Assembly: GCF_009914755.1 (NCBI RefSeq)
Contig: NC_060943.1
DNA length: 64,000 nucleotides
Strand: one strand, 5' to 3'
Origin: the human T2T-CHM13v2.0 reference genome, Homo sapiens
Shown here: positions 12,521 through 26,649 of the stretch, in pieces
Position numbering within the stretch: position 1 is the first letter of the stretch
Layout of the letters: every line of letters starts with the position of its first letter
Notes under the pieces: model-generated
The model's input: the letters and a program-made list of their open reading frames with translations, nothing else
What the model was told of the DNA's origin: nothing
Databases searched by the model: none
Program-made: the position numbers and the translations under genes

Positions 12521-14510
12521 GCACTTCTACTCCTTGTAGGTTTATTTCCCACCATACTCTCACTACCTGAGACTACCTCAGTGCCTTTGAGTTAAACAGG
12601 ATATTCCTCCTGGAACTTTTTTCCTGCTATTTCTCTACCCATCTAAATAATTGCCTCTAGATCTTCAGGTGTCACAGCCCGGTGTTGTGAAGGACAGGGG
12701 GATTACTTGCCTCCCATATGGACTGGGTGTCCCTGCTCTGTCCCTTACAGAACACAGAGATTTCATGCTCACAAGTGCTTTTGCCACTGTTCAGGGACAC
12801 ATACCTGCTAGGGGTGGGGGACCCAGGACCTGGTGACTGTGGGGCAGACACACACCCGGCAGGCTGGGCAGTCAATACATGCTTATTATAACACTGATTA
12901 TAAATGCTTATTCAATGAATGAATGGGTCCATTACCTCTAAGTCACTCTTCAGCAGCCACATCTGGCTGTTCCCCTCTCTGCTCAAAGATAAACAGTGCC
13001 TAAAGGAAGGCACCCTTAGCATATCCTCACCTCTAGTAAATTCCACTGCCGGGGTTTAAAGCGTGGTTTGGACCACCATTCTGAGCCAAAACGTCAGGGA
13101 AATATTCAAATTTAGATATGAACGGGGAAGAGGAGGAGGGGAAGAAAAGGAAGTGGTGAAGAGGTCAGAGGAAGAGGGATGGGGTAGCCAGATGGACGCA
13201 TGAAAAAACCAATCCTTACACCCCAGTCTACCTGAGTTGCCCAGCCACTGAAAGGCAGGGATGCCTGAAGACCCTGGCACCAAGGGAAAAAAACTCCAGC
13301 AAGTCCTCGTGGGCTCTGGGTAAAGAAAAGAGGCTCCCAGGAGGAAAGCCCAGTCAGAATTCAAGTTTTGGAAGAGACAAGATGGCCTCAAAGATTCAGA
13401 TCCACTCTGAAATCTTTTAGCAGTAGCTTCAGCCAAGTAGCTCTAAGAAAGGCCCTCAGAGATACAAAATCTAAGAAAAATAGTCCTGGCATCTAATTAC
13501 AACAGTGCAGTTTGCTGCTTTTATCTGTAATTGGACTGTATAGTCTTTCATTCTAATTTACTTTACATCTAAACTGTGATAATCAAGACAAGCAGAACAG
13601 AATGGTCTCTGACTGGCTATCCTACTGACACCCGTTAATGCCTAATTATAACAACTAAATTAAAGATGTGACTGTAAAGAGGTGGAATATCAGTTTGAAG
13701 CATTTAATTCTGTGAAAAGAAGTCTAGATTTTAAATCCTAAGTAAGAAAATCAATACTATGCCTCATTATATTGGTATTGCTAAACAGATTAATGAAATA
13801 AAGTATTTTGTTGTGTTGCTTTTCTTTTTTCCAATGTTCTCCTGATGCAATGATGGTTTGTAATGAAGGACTACTGCAGGGGAGGAAGTTTAAATTGAGA
13901 GCCAATTTATACACAGAAATTGGGAGATAGCTAATCTCGTTTATAGAGCAGCGGCTTTCTTTTGATATGGTTGGATTTTTAGATAGGCATCATGGGTCTC
14001 GACTTCTGCAGTCTCGTAGAACAAAAATAAATTCAACTCAAGCTAAGCAGTGGTGCTGTCTTTCCTCTTCCTATGAACAGATGTGTCAACGGGGACTGCT
14101 GTGACAGTGTCAGCATCTATGAGCACCAGTTTGGGACAAGCATCCCTGAAGCTTTGTGTGCCAGTGGCCTTGTTGTCTATGCCAGGCTAAATGTAGCCAC
14201 CTGTGAAGGTTTAAGAGACACAGGGAAGCTGGGCAGGTGAATGGAGAATATATGAGGTCCCCAAAGCCGTTCGATTGGTTGGAAGGTGGAGGAGAAGCCA
14301 TGGAGGAGAAGCCATGAGAAGCAGCCACGTTTCAAGTTGGACACCAAAGCCTGGAAGGAGAAGGACCAAGGTGTGCAGAGAGAAGATGTCCTGTTCCTGG
14401 GACCAGGGAGGGCAGCATGTGCAGGGTGATAGCAGCACGCTCCCAACTCATCCAGCAACACTCTAAGTTACCTGTTTATTTATTCATTCTTACTATTGCC
14501 CATCCTGACT

Positions 14511-14950
14511 TTTTCTTTTTTTTCTTTTTTCTCTTGAGACAGGGTCTCACTCTGTCACCCAGGCTGGAGTTATCATGGCTCACTGCAGCCTCCAACTCCT
14601 GGGCTCAAGCCGCCCTCCTCCATCAGCCTCCAGAGTAGCTCGGACTACAGGTGTATGTGATCACTCCTGGCTAATTTATTTTATTTTATTTTTTGTAAAG
14701 ACAGTGTCTCACTATGCTGCCCCAGCTGGTCTCGAACTTCTGGGCTCAAGCAATTCTCTCGCCTCAGCCTCCAAAAGTGCTGGGACTACAGGCACACACC
14801 ATCATGCCTGGCTATTTTGTGTGAGTGTATGTACAGATGGGGTCTCACTATGTTGCCTAGGCTAGACTCAAACCTCTGGGCTCAAGCAATCCTCCCACCT
14901 CAACCTCCCAAAGTGCTGGGATTACAAGGGTGAGCAGCCATGCCCGGTCT
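14511..14950 (-). mobile_element. Trimeric AluJ (three monomers)
   Basis: Three consecutive reverse monomers flanked by one TSD catcctgacttt (14501-14512, 14951-14962). Confidence 0.88.
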
Positions 14951-15399
14951 CATCCTGACTTTGAAGCCTTGGAACTCAACATCAATTATAAGAATCAAAA
15001 ACCTAAAAAGTGGCAAAGGCTGTGTCAATCACCCTGTGGGACTTCCCCAAATCCCATGCTGCTGAGATTCACCAGTGCAGGTTTTTGAGGAATCCAAAGA
15101 CCTTGCAGAATAGACTGACCACCTGGAGGAATCTCTAGAAATCACCTAGAAGTGACCTTACTGACCGCTGAGTTACTATGAGTGAATGACTTGGGGACTA
15201 TAGTGTGCCAGGCCTTTTCTGGAGCTGGGGACACAAAAATGAGCCACACTGAGTCCTGGCCCCTTGGAGCTTGCCATTTCCAAACCACTGGGTCACGCAG
15301 GGGTGAGAGATCCAGCAGGAGAAGGGGAGCACAAAGCCGGGGCCCCGGACAATGGAGAAAACTTCAGCTTTGGTGAATGTATCCAGAACTTCCCAATTA

Positions 15400-15998
<599 letters not shown>

Positions 15999-17221
15999 GA
16001 CATTTTAGTTTTAAAGTCTAAATTAGATCTAAATGGGCATTTTTGGCGATGAGAATTTTTGGCTGTTGAATGTTGCTTGTACCACCCTCTCTTTGGATTC
16101 CTGTTGTCTTTCCCAATTTCTTAAGCACATGAAGATGTGGAGGCATGGGCAGGGGGTGCCCTGGGGACCGTGCATATGGGCTAAGTGATCATTGCAGGCC
16201 AGAGAGAGGTTACCAGCCCCCTTAGAAAGGAATGGTGCAGCTCCTGACCCTGCAGGGCCAGACAGGACTCTAATTGCTCCTTTGCTTCTGGGACTCGGAA
16301 GACAAACCCTGCCGTCTCCCACCAGGCCCGCCTCCCAGCTGCACAAACAAAGCCAAATAAAAACTGCCAGCGGCCGCTGGTCCCCTTGCGACAGATGTGG
16401 TGCCTCTGTGCCATCTTGTCTGTTCTTAAGGGTTTGTTTTTATTGCAAACAGACAGATGTGGCTTGTCCCTTCCATCTTGTTTACGATGCTGCAGGAACA
16501 CCTGTGGAAGAACAGGTCCCTGCAGAAATCCTTGACTTCCGTTCAGATGGCTTGAGACTAAGCCAGCCGGCTGGGCAACCCCATCTGCTAAGGATTCCAG
16601 GTTCCTCTGCCCAGGGAAACCTGGAGAATCACCCACAGGATAATCCCAGACACAGGAGTGTCACTACACCTATGTGCACCTTATGTTAACAATGTGTACA
16701 CCTTCATTCAAACCTGTGCAGAGGACCTACGCTGTGTGCGCTGCCTGGCCCTGCAGTCTGCACTGACTGACTTGTGGTTCAGCCCAGCTTCTCACTGCAA
16801 AGGCTGCTTTCATTGCCTGACCTGTGTCCACTTAGCTATAGAATTCACTGCATTGAGAACCCACAGCCCTGACCCACGAGTGAGGGCCATGAGGCTTATG
16901 AGGATTGCCTTATTGATTCTCCCGGTTTCAGACAAAGTGGCTCATGACCTGGTGTGGAACAGACCTGTGTCACCAGGGTGAATTCTATGCCTAGGTGCAG
17001 AGGGAAGGGGAAATGCTTGCACAGAGCCCAGGCTTGGGCGATATCCTCTGCTCTCAGCCAAGCTCTGTACACCTTCTTAGAATTCTGCGGCTCCAGCCAC
17101 ACCATTATAGATCGCTTGCCTAGCACTTACTTTATTTCATTAGCACAGATGATGGGAGAGCAGTGACACAACTTGTAACTTTGTGCAACAACTGCCTCTT
17201 TGTCTTAACCTTATGTTTTCA

Positions 17222-17719
17222 TGCCACAGCTTTTGCTGTGTAACAAACCACCCCCAAAACTCAGCAGCTTAAAAACAGCCACTATTTAGTTAGCTCACGA
17301 CTCTGTGGGTGGGCTGAGTGGTTCAGGCAGCCTCAGCTAATCATTGCTAGGCTCACTCAGGCATCCAAGATCAGCCGGTGAGTGGGCTGGTGGCTAGAAG
17401 AACTCAGATGCCCTCAGTCATACAACTGGCAGCTGGCAGGCCGTTGGCCAGGGTGACAAGGGTAATGGGGCCACATACCTCTCACCAAGCAACAGCTTAA
17501 CCCTGGCTTCTCCACATGGTGACCACAACAAGAGAGTGAAATAGAATGTGCACATGCTTTTCAAGTCTGCCTGTGGTATGTTTTCAGCTGCCCCATTGGC
17601 TAAAGCAGGTCCCAAGGCCAAGCTCAGAGTCAGTGTGGGAGCTTGATGATGCTAAGAGCTTGGAGAGCTTAGACACCAGCAGGAGGGATAATTTGCCTCC
17701 AGTTTTGCAATCCACCACA
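17222..17719 (-). mobile_element. MLT1G/H-type MaLR LTR
   Basis: ttgctgtgtaacaaaccaccccaaaactcagcagcttaaaa ... ccattggctaaagcaggtcccaaggccaagc ... tttgcaatccaccaca. Confidence 0.8.
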
Positions 17720-18201
17720 GGATTTTTTTAAAAGAAATGTCTTATTCGTTTTCTAGCCTCTTCCATGGAATGTTTCCATCATTTATCTTCAATGTTTAGT
17801 GTTTATAAATGAGGAAGAAGTTCAGTTTTGTTTCCCTAATTAATTCACAAGTATTTAGAATGTATCTTTAAATTGCAATTGGGTTAAATTTTCTGCCTAA
17901 GATTTTCCTTTTTTTCTACTTCTACTATATTGGGGTCATGGAATTTGAAATTAGTCCTATTCTTTAGGATTTTTAAAGCCATGTGTGTGGGTGTCTGGGT
18001 GTGGAATTCTCATTATCCCATGGATATTTGAAGACTGTTCAGTTTTATTGTTTGATATAACTATATAGACGCAGATATATGTAGATTTATATTTAGATAG
18101 AGAATCAACCTTGTCTGTAATGTTTTTAAATTTTATCTATGTTTATTATCTGCCTGATCTGTTACATTCTCAGAGGAGAATGTCACATTATTGTCATATA
18201 G

Positions 18202-18512
18202 TTTTTGTTTGTTGTTGTTGTTTTTATTGTTTTTTGAGATGGATCCTGTCACCCAGGCTGGAGTGCAGTGCCACGATCTTGGCTCACTGCAACCTCTGCC
18301 TCCTGGGTTCAAGTGATTCTCCTGCCTCAGCCTCCTGAGTAGCTGGGATTACAGGTTCCCACCATCACATCAGGCTAATTTTTTTGTATTTTTGTAGAGA
18401 CAGGGTTTCGCCATGTTTGCCAGGCTGGTCTCAAACTCCTGACCTCAGGTGATCCACCCGCCTTGGTCTCCCAAAGTGCTAGGATTACAGGCTTGAGCCA
18501 CCGTACCCGGCC
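18202..18512 (-). mobile_element. AluSx-like
   Basis: Full reverse Alu with (GTT)n tail; degenerate TSD tgtcat...gtttt. Confidence 0.95.
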
Positions 18513-18645
18513 TGTCATGTTGTTTTACTTAATATATTTTTGTGCCACATTGCACAAGGAAGTAAGAGTTCATTAATTATATAGGAATTATGTTGATTCT
18601 TATATATTCTTGGTTAAGTAAATTTTTTATCAGTATAAAACAATT

Positions 18646-18944
18646 GTCAGGGCACAGTGGCTCACACATATAATCCCAGTTCTTTGGGAGGCCAAGATGG
18701 GAAGATCAGTTAAGGCTAGGAGTTCGAGACCAGCCTGAGCTACATAGTGGGACCCCACCCTGACAAAGAATTTAAAAATTAGCCAGGCGTAGTAGAGCAT
18801 GCCTGTAGTCCTAGCTACTTGGGAGGCTGAGACAGGAGGATAGCTTCAGCCCAGGAGTTCAAAGTTACAGTCAGCTATGATCAAGCCACTGCATTCCAGC
18901 CTGGGCAATACAGAAATACCCTCTTAAAAATAATAATTAAAAAA
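18646..18944 (+). mobile_element. AluJ
   Basis: Dimeric; ggaggatagcttcagcccaggagttc J-type right arm. Confidence 0.93.
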
Positions 18945-19136
18945 CTCACTTTATCTTCCTTATTCCTGGTTTCACAGAATTCCCTATCGTACTGTAATGA
19001 GCCAAAAATTAATAAATCCACAATAGTGAGCATGCTCATTAACTAGCTCATTCATATGGTGAGTAGAATTCTACATTATGCTCTTCTTGGAGTGAAATGT
19101 GTTAATGTATTTTGAAATTATAAAAATGCTGATCTT

Positions 19137-19300
19137 GGCCGGGCATGGTGGTTCATGCCAGTAATCCCAGCACTTTGGGAGGCTGAGGTGGGAAGATCAC
19201 TTGAGCCCAGGAGTTTGAGACCAGCCTGGGAAACACAGTGAGATTCCCCCATCTCTATAATCAAGAAAAATAAATAAATGAATAAATAAATAGTAAGTAA
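19137..19300 (+). mobile_element. Free left Alu monomer (FLAM-like)
   Basis: Left arm only plus (TAAA)n tail; TSD taaaaatgct(g/c)atct at 19121 and 19301. Confidence 0.9.
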
Positions 19301-19324
19301 TAAAAATGCTCATCTCACTTAAAA

Positions 19325-19528
19325 ATTACAATGTTTATTGAGATAATTATAGATTCACATTTAGTTGGAAGGAATAATACAGAATGATCATAGATCATAT
19401 ACACTCTTTTCCTAGTTTCCCCCAATGATAGCATCTTAAAAACCACAGTATAATTTCACAACCTCATACTGACATTGATACAACTCAGCACCCTCATTCA
19501 GATGTCTCCAGTTTTACGTACGCTCATT

Positions 19529-19565
<37 letters not shown>

Positions 19566-19720
19566 TTCTGTACAACTTAATCCCATGTGTAGTTCTGTAC
19601 AACTTAATCCCATGTGTAGGTTCATGTATTAATATTTACAACCACAGTCAAGATACAGAACACCACTTGGTGAAAACACTGTCCTTCATCCATTGAATGG
19701 GTTTTAAGCCTTTGTAAAAA
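19325..19720 (-). mobile_element. L1MC1/2-type 3' UTR end joined to a ~60-bp ORF2 fragment
   Basis: gagataattatagattcaca...ctagtttcccccaatgatagcatctt...caagatacagaaca; 19661-19720 on minus translates FYKGLKPIQWMKDSVFTKW (L1 ORF2 FDKGAKxIQWxKDSLFNKW); contains (TG)16 and a 27-bp tandem duplication at 19561-19614. Confidence 0.85.
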
Positions 19721-19828
19721 AAAATATGGATCACTTCGTGAATTTGCATATTATCTTTGTGTAGAGGCCATGTTAATCTTCTTTGTATTATTCCAAACTT
19801 TTATTATATGCACTACCAAACTGAGGCC
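19721..19828 (-). pseudogene. RNU6: U6 snRNA retropseudogene, full length
   Basis: Manual alignment to U6 reverse complement (AAAATATGGAACGCTTCACGAATTTGCG...): ~24 substitutions in 106 nt plus a 2-nt insertion; ACAGAGA box mutated to ACAAAGA and AGC triad mutated. Confidence 0.93.
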
Positions 19829-19977
19829 TGCTCATACTTTTTGACTTACCAATGCCACTTGTGTAAATAAGTTTCTGAAGATGAAGTTATATTCTCCAGG
19901 CTATTTAATGCAGTAATACTTATAATAGCAAATAAAAGAGGAAAGAGGCATGTCCAAAAATAGTAGATAGAAGAAAC

Positions 19978-20535
19978 GTATTTGTTATCTATTGCTGTGT
20001 AACAAATTATTCCAAAGTGTAATGACTCAATAATTCCAAAGTGTAATTCCAAAGTGTAATGATTTATTATATCACAATGTATGTGATATCTGGGTGTTGC
20101 TCTTCTGGGATCTCTAAATGGGGGCCTCTCACAAGACTGCTCTCAGGTGGCAGCTGAGGCTGGGGTTTTCTCTGAAGGTTCAACTGAAGAAGAATCTACA
20201 TCCAAGCTCATTTATATGGTTGTTGGTAGGATTCAGTTCCAAAGGTCTCAGTTACTCTCTGGCTGTTTTAAGAGTCTTCCTTCCATTTATTGCTATGTGG
20301 GCCTCTCCACATTGAAGCTTACATTGTCATAACGAGCGAGACAAGAGAGTGCAAGAGACTGCTAGCAGTGTTTCATAATCTAATCATAGAAGTGATTTCC
20401 CATTCATTTTTCTGTGTTCTACTCATTAGAAGCAAGTTGCTAGGTCCAGCCCCTACTCAAGAGGAAGGGATTCCATACAAGTGGGAATACCAGGAGGTGA
20501 GATTTGGGGGATCTATGTTGGAAGCTTCTTATTAT
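19978..20535 (-). mobile_element. MLT1E/F-type MaLR LTR
   Basis: gttatctattgctgtgtaacaaatta ... tgtgggcctctccac ... ataatctaatcatagaagtga ... ctaggtccagccc. Confidence 0.8.
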
Positions 20536-20913
20536 AATAAGTAAATTATTACACATTCATACTATTACATACTATGCAAACATTGAATTTTCTTCAATAA
20601 TTACATTGGGTATAGGGCATGTTGTCATAAGAAATGAAAAGAGCTTCTGTAACTTGGAACTCAATATCAAGTATTCTAAAATATGTGAAACATAAATCCC
20701 AAAAGAAGATGAGGAAAATAGTGTACAGATAAAAATATTTGAGGAAATAATGACTGAAAATATCTCAAATTAAGTCAAAAATACAAAACCTCAGATCCAA
20801 GAGCTCAATGATCCTCCAGGAGGATAAAAATCAAAGTAAATCACACCAATGAACATTATATTCTAATTGCTGGAAATTCATGATAAAGAGGAAAAACATT
20901 AAACAAACCAGAG

Positions 20914-21337
20914 TGCTATGGTTTGGTTGTCTGTTTCCTCCAAACCTCATGTTGAAATTTGATTCACAGTGTTGGAGGTGGGGCTAATGGGAGGTGTTCA
21001 GGTCATGGGAGCAAATTCCTCATGAATTGATTAATGCCCTTTCTCAAGGGTGAGAGAATTCTACCTCTAATAGGTCCTTAAAGAACTGGTTGTTAAAAAG
21101 AGCCCAGCACCTCCTCTCTCCTTTGCTTCCCCTCTCCCCACAGGATCTTGGCTCCCCTCTGCCTTCTGCCAGAAATGGAAGCAGCCTGAGTCCCTCATCA
21201 GATACAGATGCCCAGTCTTGAACTTTCCAGACACCAATAATTCCAAAGTGTAATTCCAAAGCCAAATAAACCTCTTTTCTTTATAAATTACCCAACATCA
21301 GGTATTCCTTTAGAGCAACACAAAATGGGATAAGACA
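20914..21337 (+). mobile_element. MSTB-type MaLR solo LTR inside L1
   Basis: TGCTATGGTTTGG...ttataaattaccc...taagaCA; perfect 5-bp TSD cagag (20909-20913, 21338-21342). Confidence 0.92.
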
Positions 21338-23358
21338 CAGAGGGGGAAAAGACTCTTACTTATAGAAAAACAAAGATAAGCATAATAGCTTCTCTCTCAT
21401 CGGAGATATTGCAAGCCAGAGACAATGGAATAACACCTTTAAAATGCTGAAAGAAAATCCTGTCAACCTAGAAGCATACATCCAGTGAAAATACCCCTCA
21501 AAATGGAAAGAAAAATAAAGACTTTTTAGATGAACAAAAGTAAGAAAATAATCACAAGTTGATCTGTTACACAGAAATGTTTAAGATACTTCTTCAGGCT
21601 GAAAGGAACTGATAGAAGATTGCAACATGAAGGAATAAGTCTACATGAAAGAATAAAAGACCTAGAAATGGCAAATATATGGATTAAATATGAAATACTT
21701 TTTCCTTATTTCTTAATTCCTTAAACTACATTTGATTATTAGAAGAAAGAAAATAACATTGTATGGTGACATTTTAACATATGTGAAAGTAAAATGTATG
21801 ACGATCATAATAGAAAGAATGAGATGGTGATTACAGAAAGTACACAAAGCTACTAAAACTAACAAAGAGATTTAGCCAAGGGAAAAATAAAATGCTAGAA
21901 ATTATCAATCCAAAAGTGGAAAAAAGGAGCAATAAGCAAATAGAAAATAAATATAATGGTAGATTTAAAGCCAGCCATGCCAATAATAATATAAAATGTT
22001 GTTAATGTTAACACTAAAAATATAAAAGCAAGCAATATGCTAAGTGTCTACAAGAAATACTCTTTAAATATAGAGAAGTAGGGAAAAGTAAAAGGAGGTA
22101 AAAAGGCATGTAAACAATATGCATGAAAAAGAAAATACAGCTATATTATAAGCAAAGTAGACTTCAAGACAAAGAATATTCATAAAGACAAAGACAGATA
22201 TTTTATACTGATAAAGTATCAATTAATCAAGAAGACATAACAATCCTAAATGAATCAACATATAAACAGTTATTCAAAATACATTAGGCAAATTTAACAA
22301 AACTACTGGAAGAAATAGACAAATTTACAATTATAACTGAAGACTTTATTCTTGCCCCGGTGGTTAAGAAAACAAATAGACAAAACAACTGTAAGGAAAA
22401 AGAATATCTGAATATTATCAAACAATTTAACCTATTGAGCTGTATATATCCAAGAAAACATACATATTTGTTTCAAGTGCACATGGAACATTCTCCAAGA
22501 CAGACCATCTGTTAAGAAATTAAAGAAGACACAATAAATGTTATGCATTGAAATTACATAGTATTTTCTCTATGATGAAATTAAATAGAGTTAAAATAGA
22601 AGTTAACAAATATAAAATATGTTTTTTTAAAACACTACTGTGTTGGAAAGTTAAACAAAATCTTCCAAGTATGCCATGAATTTTAAAAAGTGCAAGGTAA
22701 ATTTTAAAATATCTTAAATGAAATAGTAATAAATTTATAATATTTTAAAATTTATGAGATACATATAAGGTAGAACTTGAAGTAATTTTATACCTTTAAT
22801 TGCTTATATTAGAAACACAGAAAGGTTTCAAAATAAAAAATTTAATCTTGCAATCTCAAAGGCTAGAAAAATGACAAATTCAATAAAATGTTAACAGAAG
22901 TAAGGAAATAATAAAGATAACGAAGGTAATCAATAAAGTAGATTATTTCTTTGAAATGGTAAATAAAACTAGCAAGACTGACCAAGGAAAAACACAAACA
23001 CATATTCAATACCAAAAATAAAATAGGAGACATTACTACAGATTCTACAGACATTAAAAGGCTAATACAGGGATAGTATGCCAAGAAATTTGACAATTTT
23101 GATGAAATTTGACAATTTGGATTAAAATATATTAGAAATGCACAATTATTCAAGCATATCCAAGAAAAAGAGGAAACATAATTAGTTTTATATGTAGTAA
23201 TGAAATTAAATTCACCAGTATAACCTTCTCACGATTAAAACCTTTTCAGATGACTTCACTGATAAGTTCTCTTGTGTATTTATAGAACAAATGATACAAA
23301 TTATTCACAAACTTTTTCAGAGAGTAGAAGAGGAGAAAATATTTTCCATGTCATTTTA

Positions 23359-23706
<348 letters not shown>

Positions 23707-26649
23707 CTACAGATAAATATCCCTCATTAACATAGATGATAAAATTTTGTACTAAGTACTATAATATTTAATTTACCAACATATGAAAACAATAATACAT
23801 CTCAAATAAATGAGATTATCCCCCAAATACAGGGCTGTTATAACATTTTGGTGTGTAATTCACTACATTAAAAAATGAAGCAGAAGTACTATAAGATTAT
23901 CTCAGTAGATCCAGAAGAAAAACCTTTGATAAAATTCAGCACCTCCACTTTTCATCAAAATAGAAGTAGTAGGAAACTTCCTAAATTTGGTCATGGGCTT
24001 CGGCAGAACTCCCAACTAACAAAGTTACTTCAAGTTAGACAATTGATAGATTTTCAGCTAATCAAGAGAAAGGCAAGGATGTTTCTTCTCCTTGTACTGA
24101 AATTCCCAGTCACTTTTATATATGAAGAAAATCCTAAGGAAATTACAAAGAGAACAATATTACCTGGACTAATACATGAATTTAGCAATGTCACAATATA
24201 CACTGTAAATAATACAAATAAATTGTATTTCTATATAATAGCTGTAAAAATTAGATTATACAATTTAAAAACCATACTCAATAGACATAAAGTACTTAGA
24301 GATAAATTTAGCGATAGATGTACAAGAAATTTACATGAAAAACAACATATAATCTCTAAGAGAAATTTTAAAATATCTAAATAAAGATCTGTACCTACTT
24401 CATGAATTGAAATTCTCAATACTTCCAAGATGTCATTTCTTCCCAAATTGATCTATTGATTCAATTCCATGCCAAGCAAAATCCAACAAGCCTTTTTTAA
24501 AAAGAAATTGAAAAGCTGTTTCTACAATTTATGTAAAAATATATCTAGTAGAGCCAAAGCAATTTTTAAAAAGAAGAACAAAGGCTTTCAAGATTTTTTT
24601 GTAAAGTAATAATAGAAAAGGTACTATGGTTTCTGTATAAGGAGAGACAAAAAAATCAATGAGACACAGCAAAGAATCTAGAAATAGATTCAAATCTATA
24701 GGGTCAATAAATGTTTGACAAAGGCACTGAAGTAATTCTTATTGCAATAATAGTCTTTTCAACAAAACATTCTGAAACATCTCAATATCTGTAAGGAAAA
24801 AAATAATATTTTACTGCTGTCCTCCATCACAGACAATAATTAATTCAAAGTAAACTACAGACCTAAACCTAAAAGCTAAAACTACAAAGCTCCTAGAAGA
24901 AAACATAAGAGAGTATTTTCATGACTTCAAGGCAGGCAAAGATTTCTCAGGGGGGAAAAAAAACACCAAAAGCATTTAACAGAAAAACAAATGAACTCCA
25001 TCAAAATTTAAAACGTCCACTTATCACAGGATATTGATAAATAAATGAATGGGATAACCAAAGACAAGGAGAACGTCAAATGTGTCAAATGGCTTATATT
25101 TAGAATATAAAGAAGTCCTACTCAATAATAAGATAGAGCAAAAGATTTGAACATGTATTTCACAAAGAAAGATACAGGAATGGCCAGTTTCATCAGGCGC
25201 ATATACATTAATGAGACACCACTTCAAACCTTAGAATGGCTACAATTAAAAGGAGTGACCATACCAAATGTTGAGAATGAGGAGCACCTGGAATTCTCAT
25301 ACACTGACGGTGGTAGAGTAAAATGGCATAGCCATTTTGGACACTACTAGGGCTGTTTCTTATAAAATTACACATACACATACCCCATGACCCAGGTTTG
25401 TATTCCTTGACATTTATCTAAGAGAAATTAAACTATATGTCCCTCAAAATTTTGCACAGCAATGTTAATAGAAGCAGCAACTACAACAAAAAAGGAAGCA
25501 ACCCAAACATCAATCAACAATAGAACAGACAAATAAATTGTGGTATTTTCATACAATGTGTACTACTCAGTGATTAAAAAAAGATACTAATACATCCAAA
25601 ATATGGAAGAATTTCAAAACCGTCATTCTTACTAGAGAAGACAGACAAAATAATGCATACTGTATGATTCCATTTATGTGACTGTTTTAAAACAGATATG
25701 ATGAATCTATCATGATAAAAATCAGAACTATGGTTTTCTCTGAAGAGAGAGGCTAAGAATGTACTGAGAAGGGACATGAAAGAACTTTCTGGAGTGTGGA
25801 AATGGACTATATCTTAACACGGATGTGTGTCACTCTAGTGTGCATATTTTTCAAAACTGATCAAACTGTATATTTAAGATCTATGCATTTCACTGTACGT
25901 TAATTATAGAGCAATACAAATTTTAAAATCTTAACTGATAATCCCGTCTCTTTTTGGCAAACTCCTGCTCATTAATTGTAGTCCTCAAAATGAACCCTTT
26001 CCCCCAGCCCCAAAAACTCATTTTGCAGCTGCTATCCTGCCAAGAGAATGAAATGGCAAACTCCAGTCTAATGTACTTTCATATGCATTTTTTTTCTTCA
26101 AACACATTCTCTTGCACCTGCAACATTGCACTATATAAAAAGAATAGATAAGAAAACCAGATGGAATCTCATCCAAATTTATTACTAAAGATAGTTCCCA
26201 AGTGAATGGCAGTACCACCTCTCCTTCATAGCCAGGCAGACATAGCAGTTCAAACATTTCTTTCTGAGTAGTGTAAACACTTCTCTGGTTTGAAAGTTTA
26301 TTAAGTTTTCATTAAATTTTGATATTGTCCTGGCTGCAAGTGCTAGCTGGTTCATACACTTGAAAGAGCAAATGCTCAAACTGTTCACTATATTTGGTCG
26401 GCAAAGGTCCCTCCCATTTTTCCCTCAAGCCCAGTCAAAATCCTCTCTGGAGTCTCAAACTTACAGAACCCTAGACAGAGAAATCTCTAAGCAAGGGGCT
26501 ATTATAAGCATCTCAAGAAACTCACTACCTTTAACACTGCAACCATTTGCACCAGTAACATCAAGGTTTGAGCCTCTTCAAATCAAATTTTCCAACCATG
26601 TTGATCAATAATTTAAAAAGACTGGAAAAATCTATTTCTAAAATCTGTT

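Noticed and set aside
16192-16689. 165-aa Cys-containing ORF
   Set aside because: No recognisable domain, splice structure or promoter; overlapping ORFs of similar size on the other strand suggest chance in GC-richer sequence
19721-19828. Functional U6 gene
   Set aside because: ACAGAGA box and AGC triad mutated, heavy CpG decay, fused to L1
23875-24384. 169-aa ORF
   Set aside because: Frameshift-scrambled L1 RT remnant (IISVDPEEK, YEENPKE) lacking the catalytic FADD motif; not a gene
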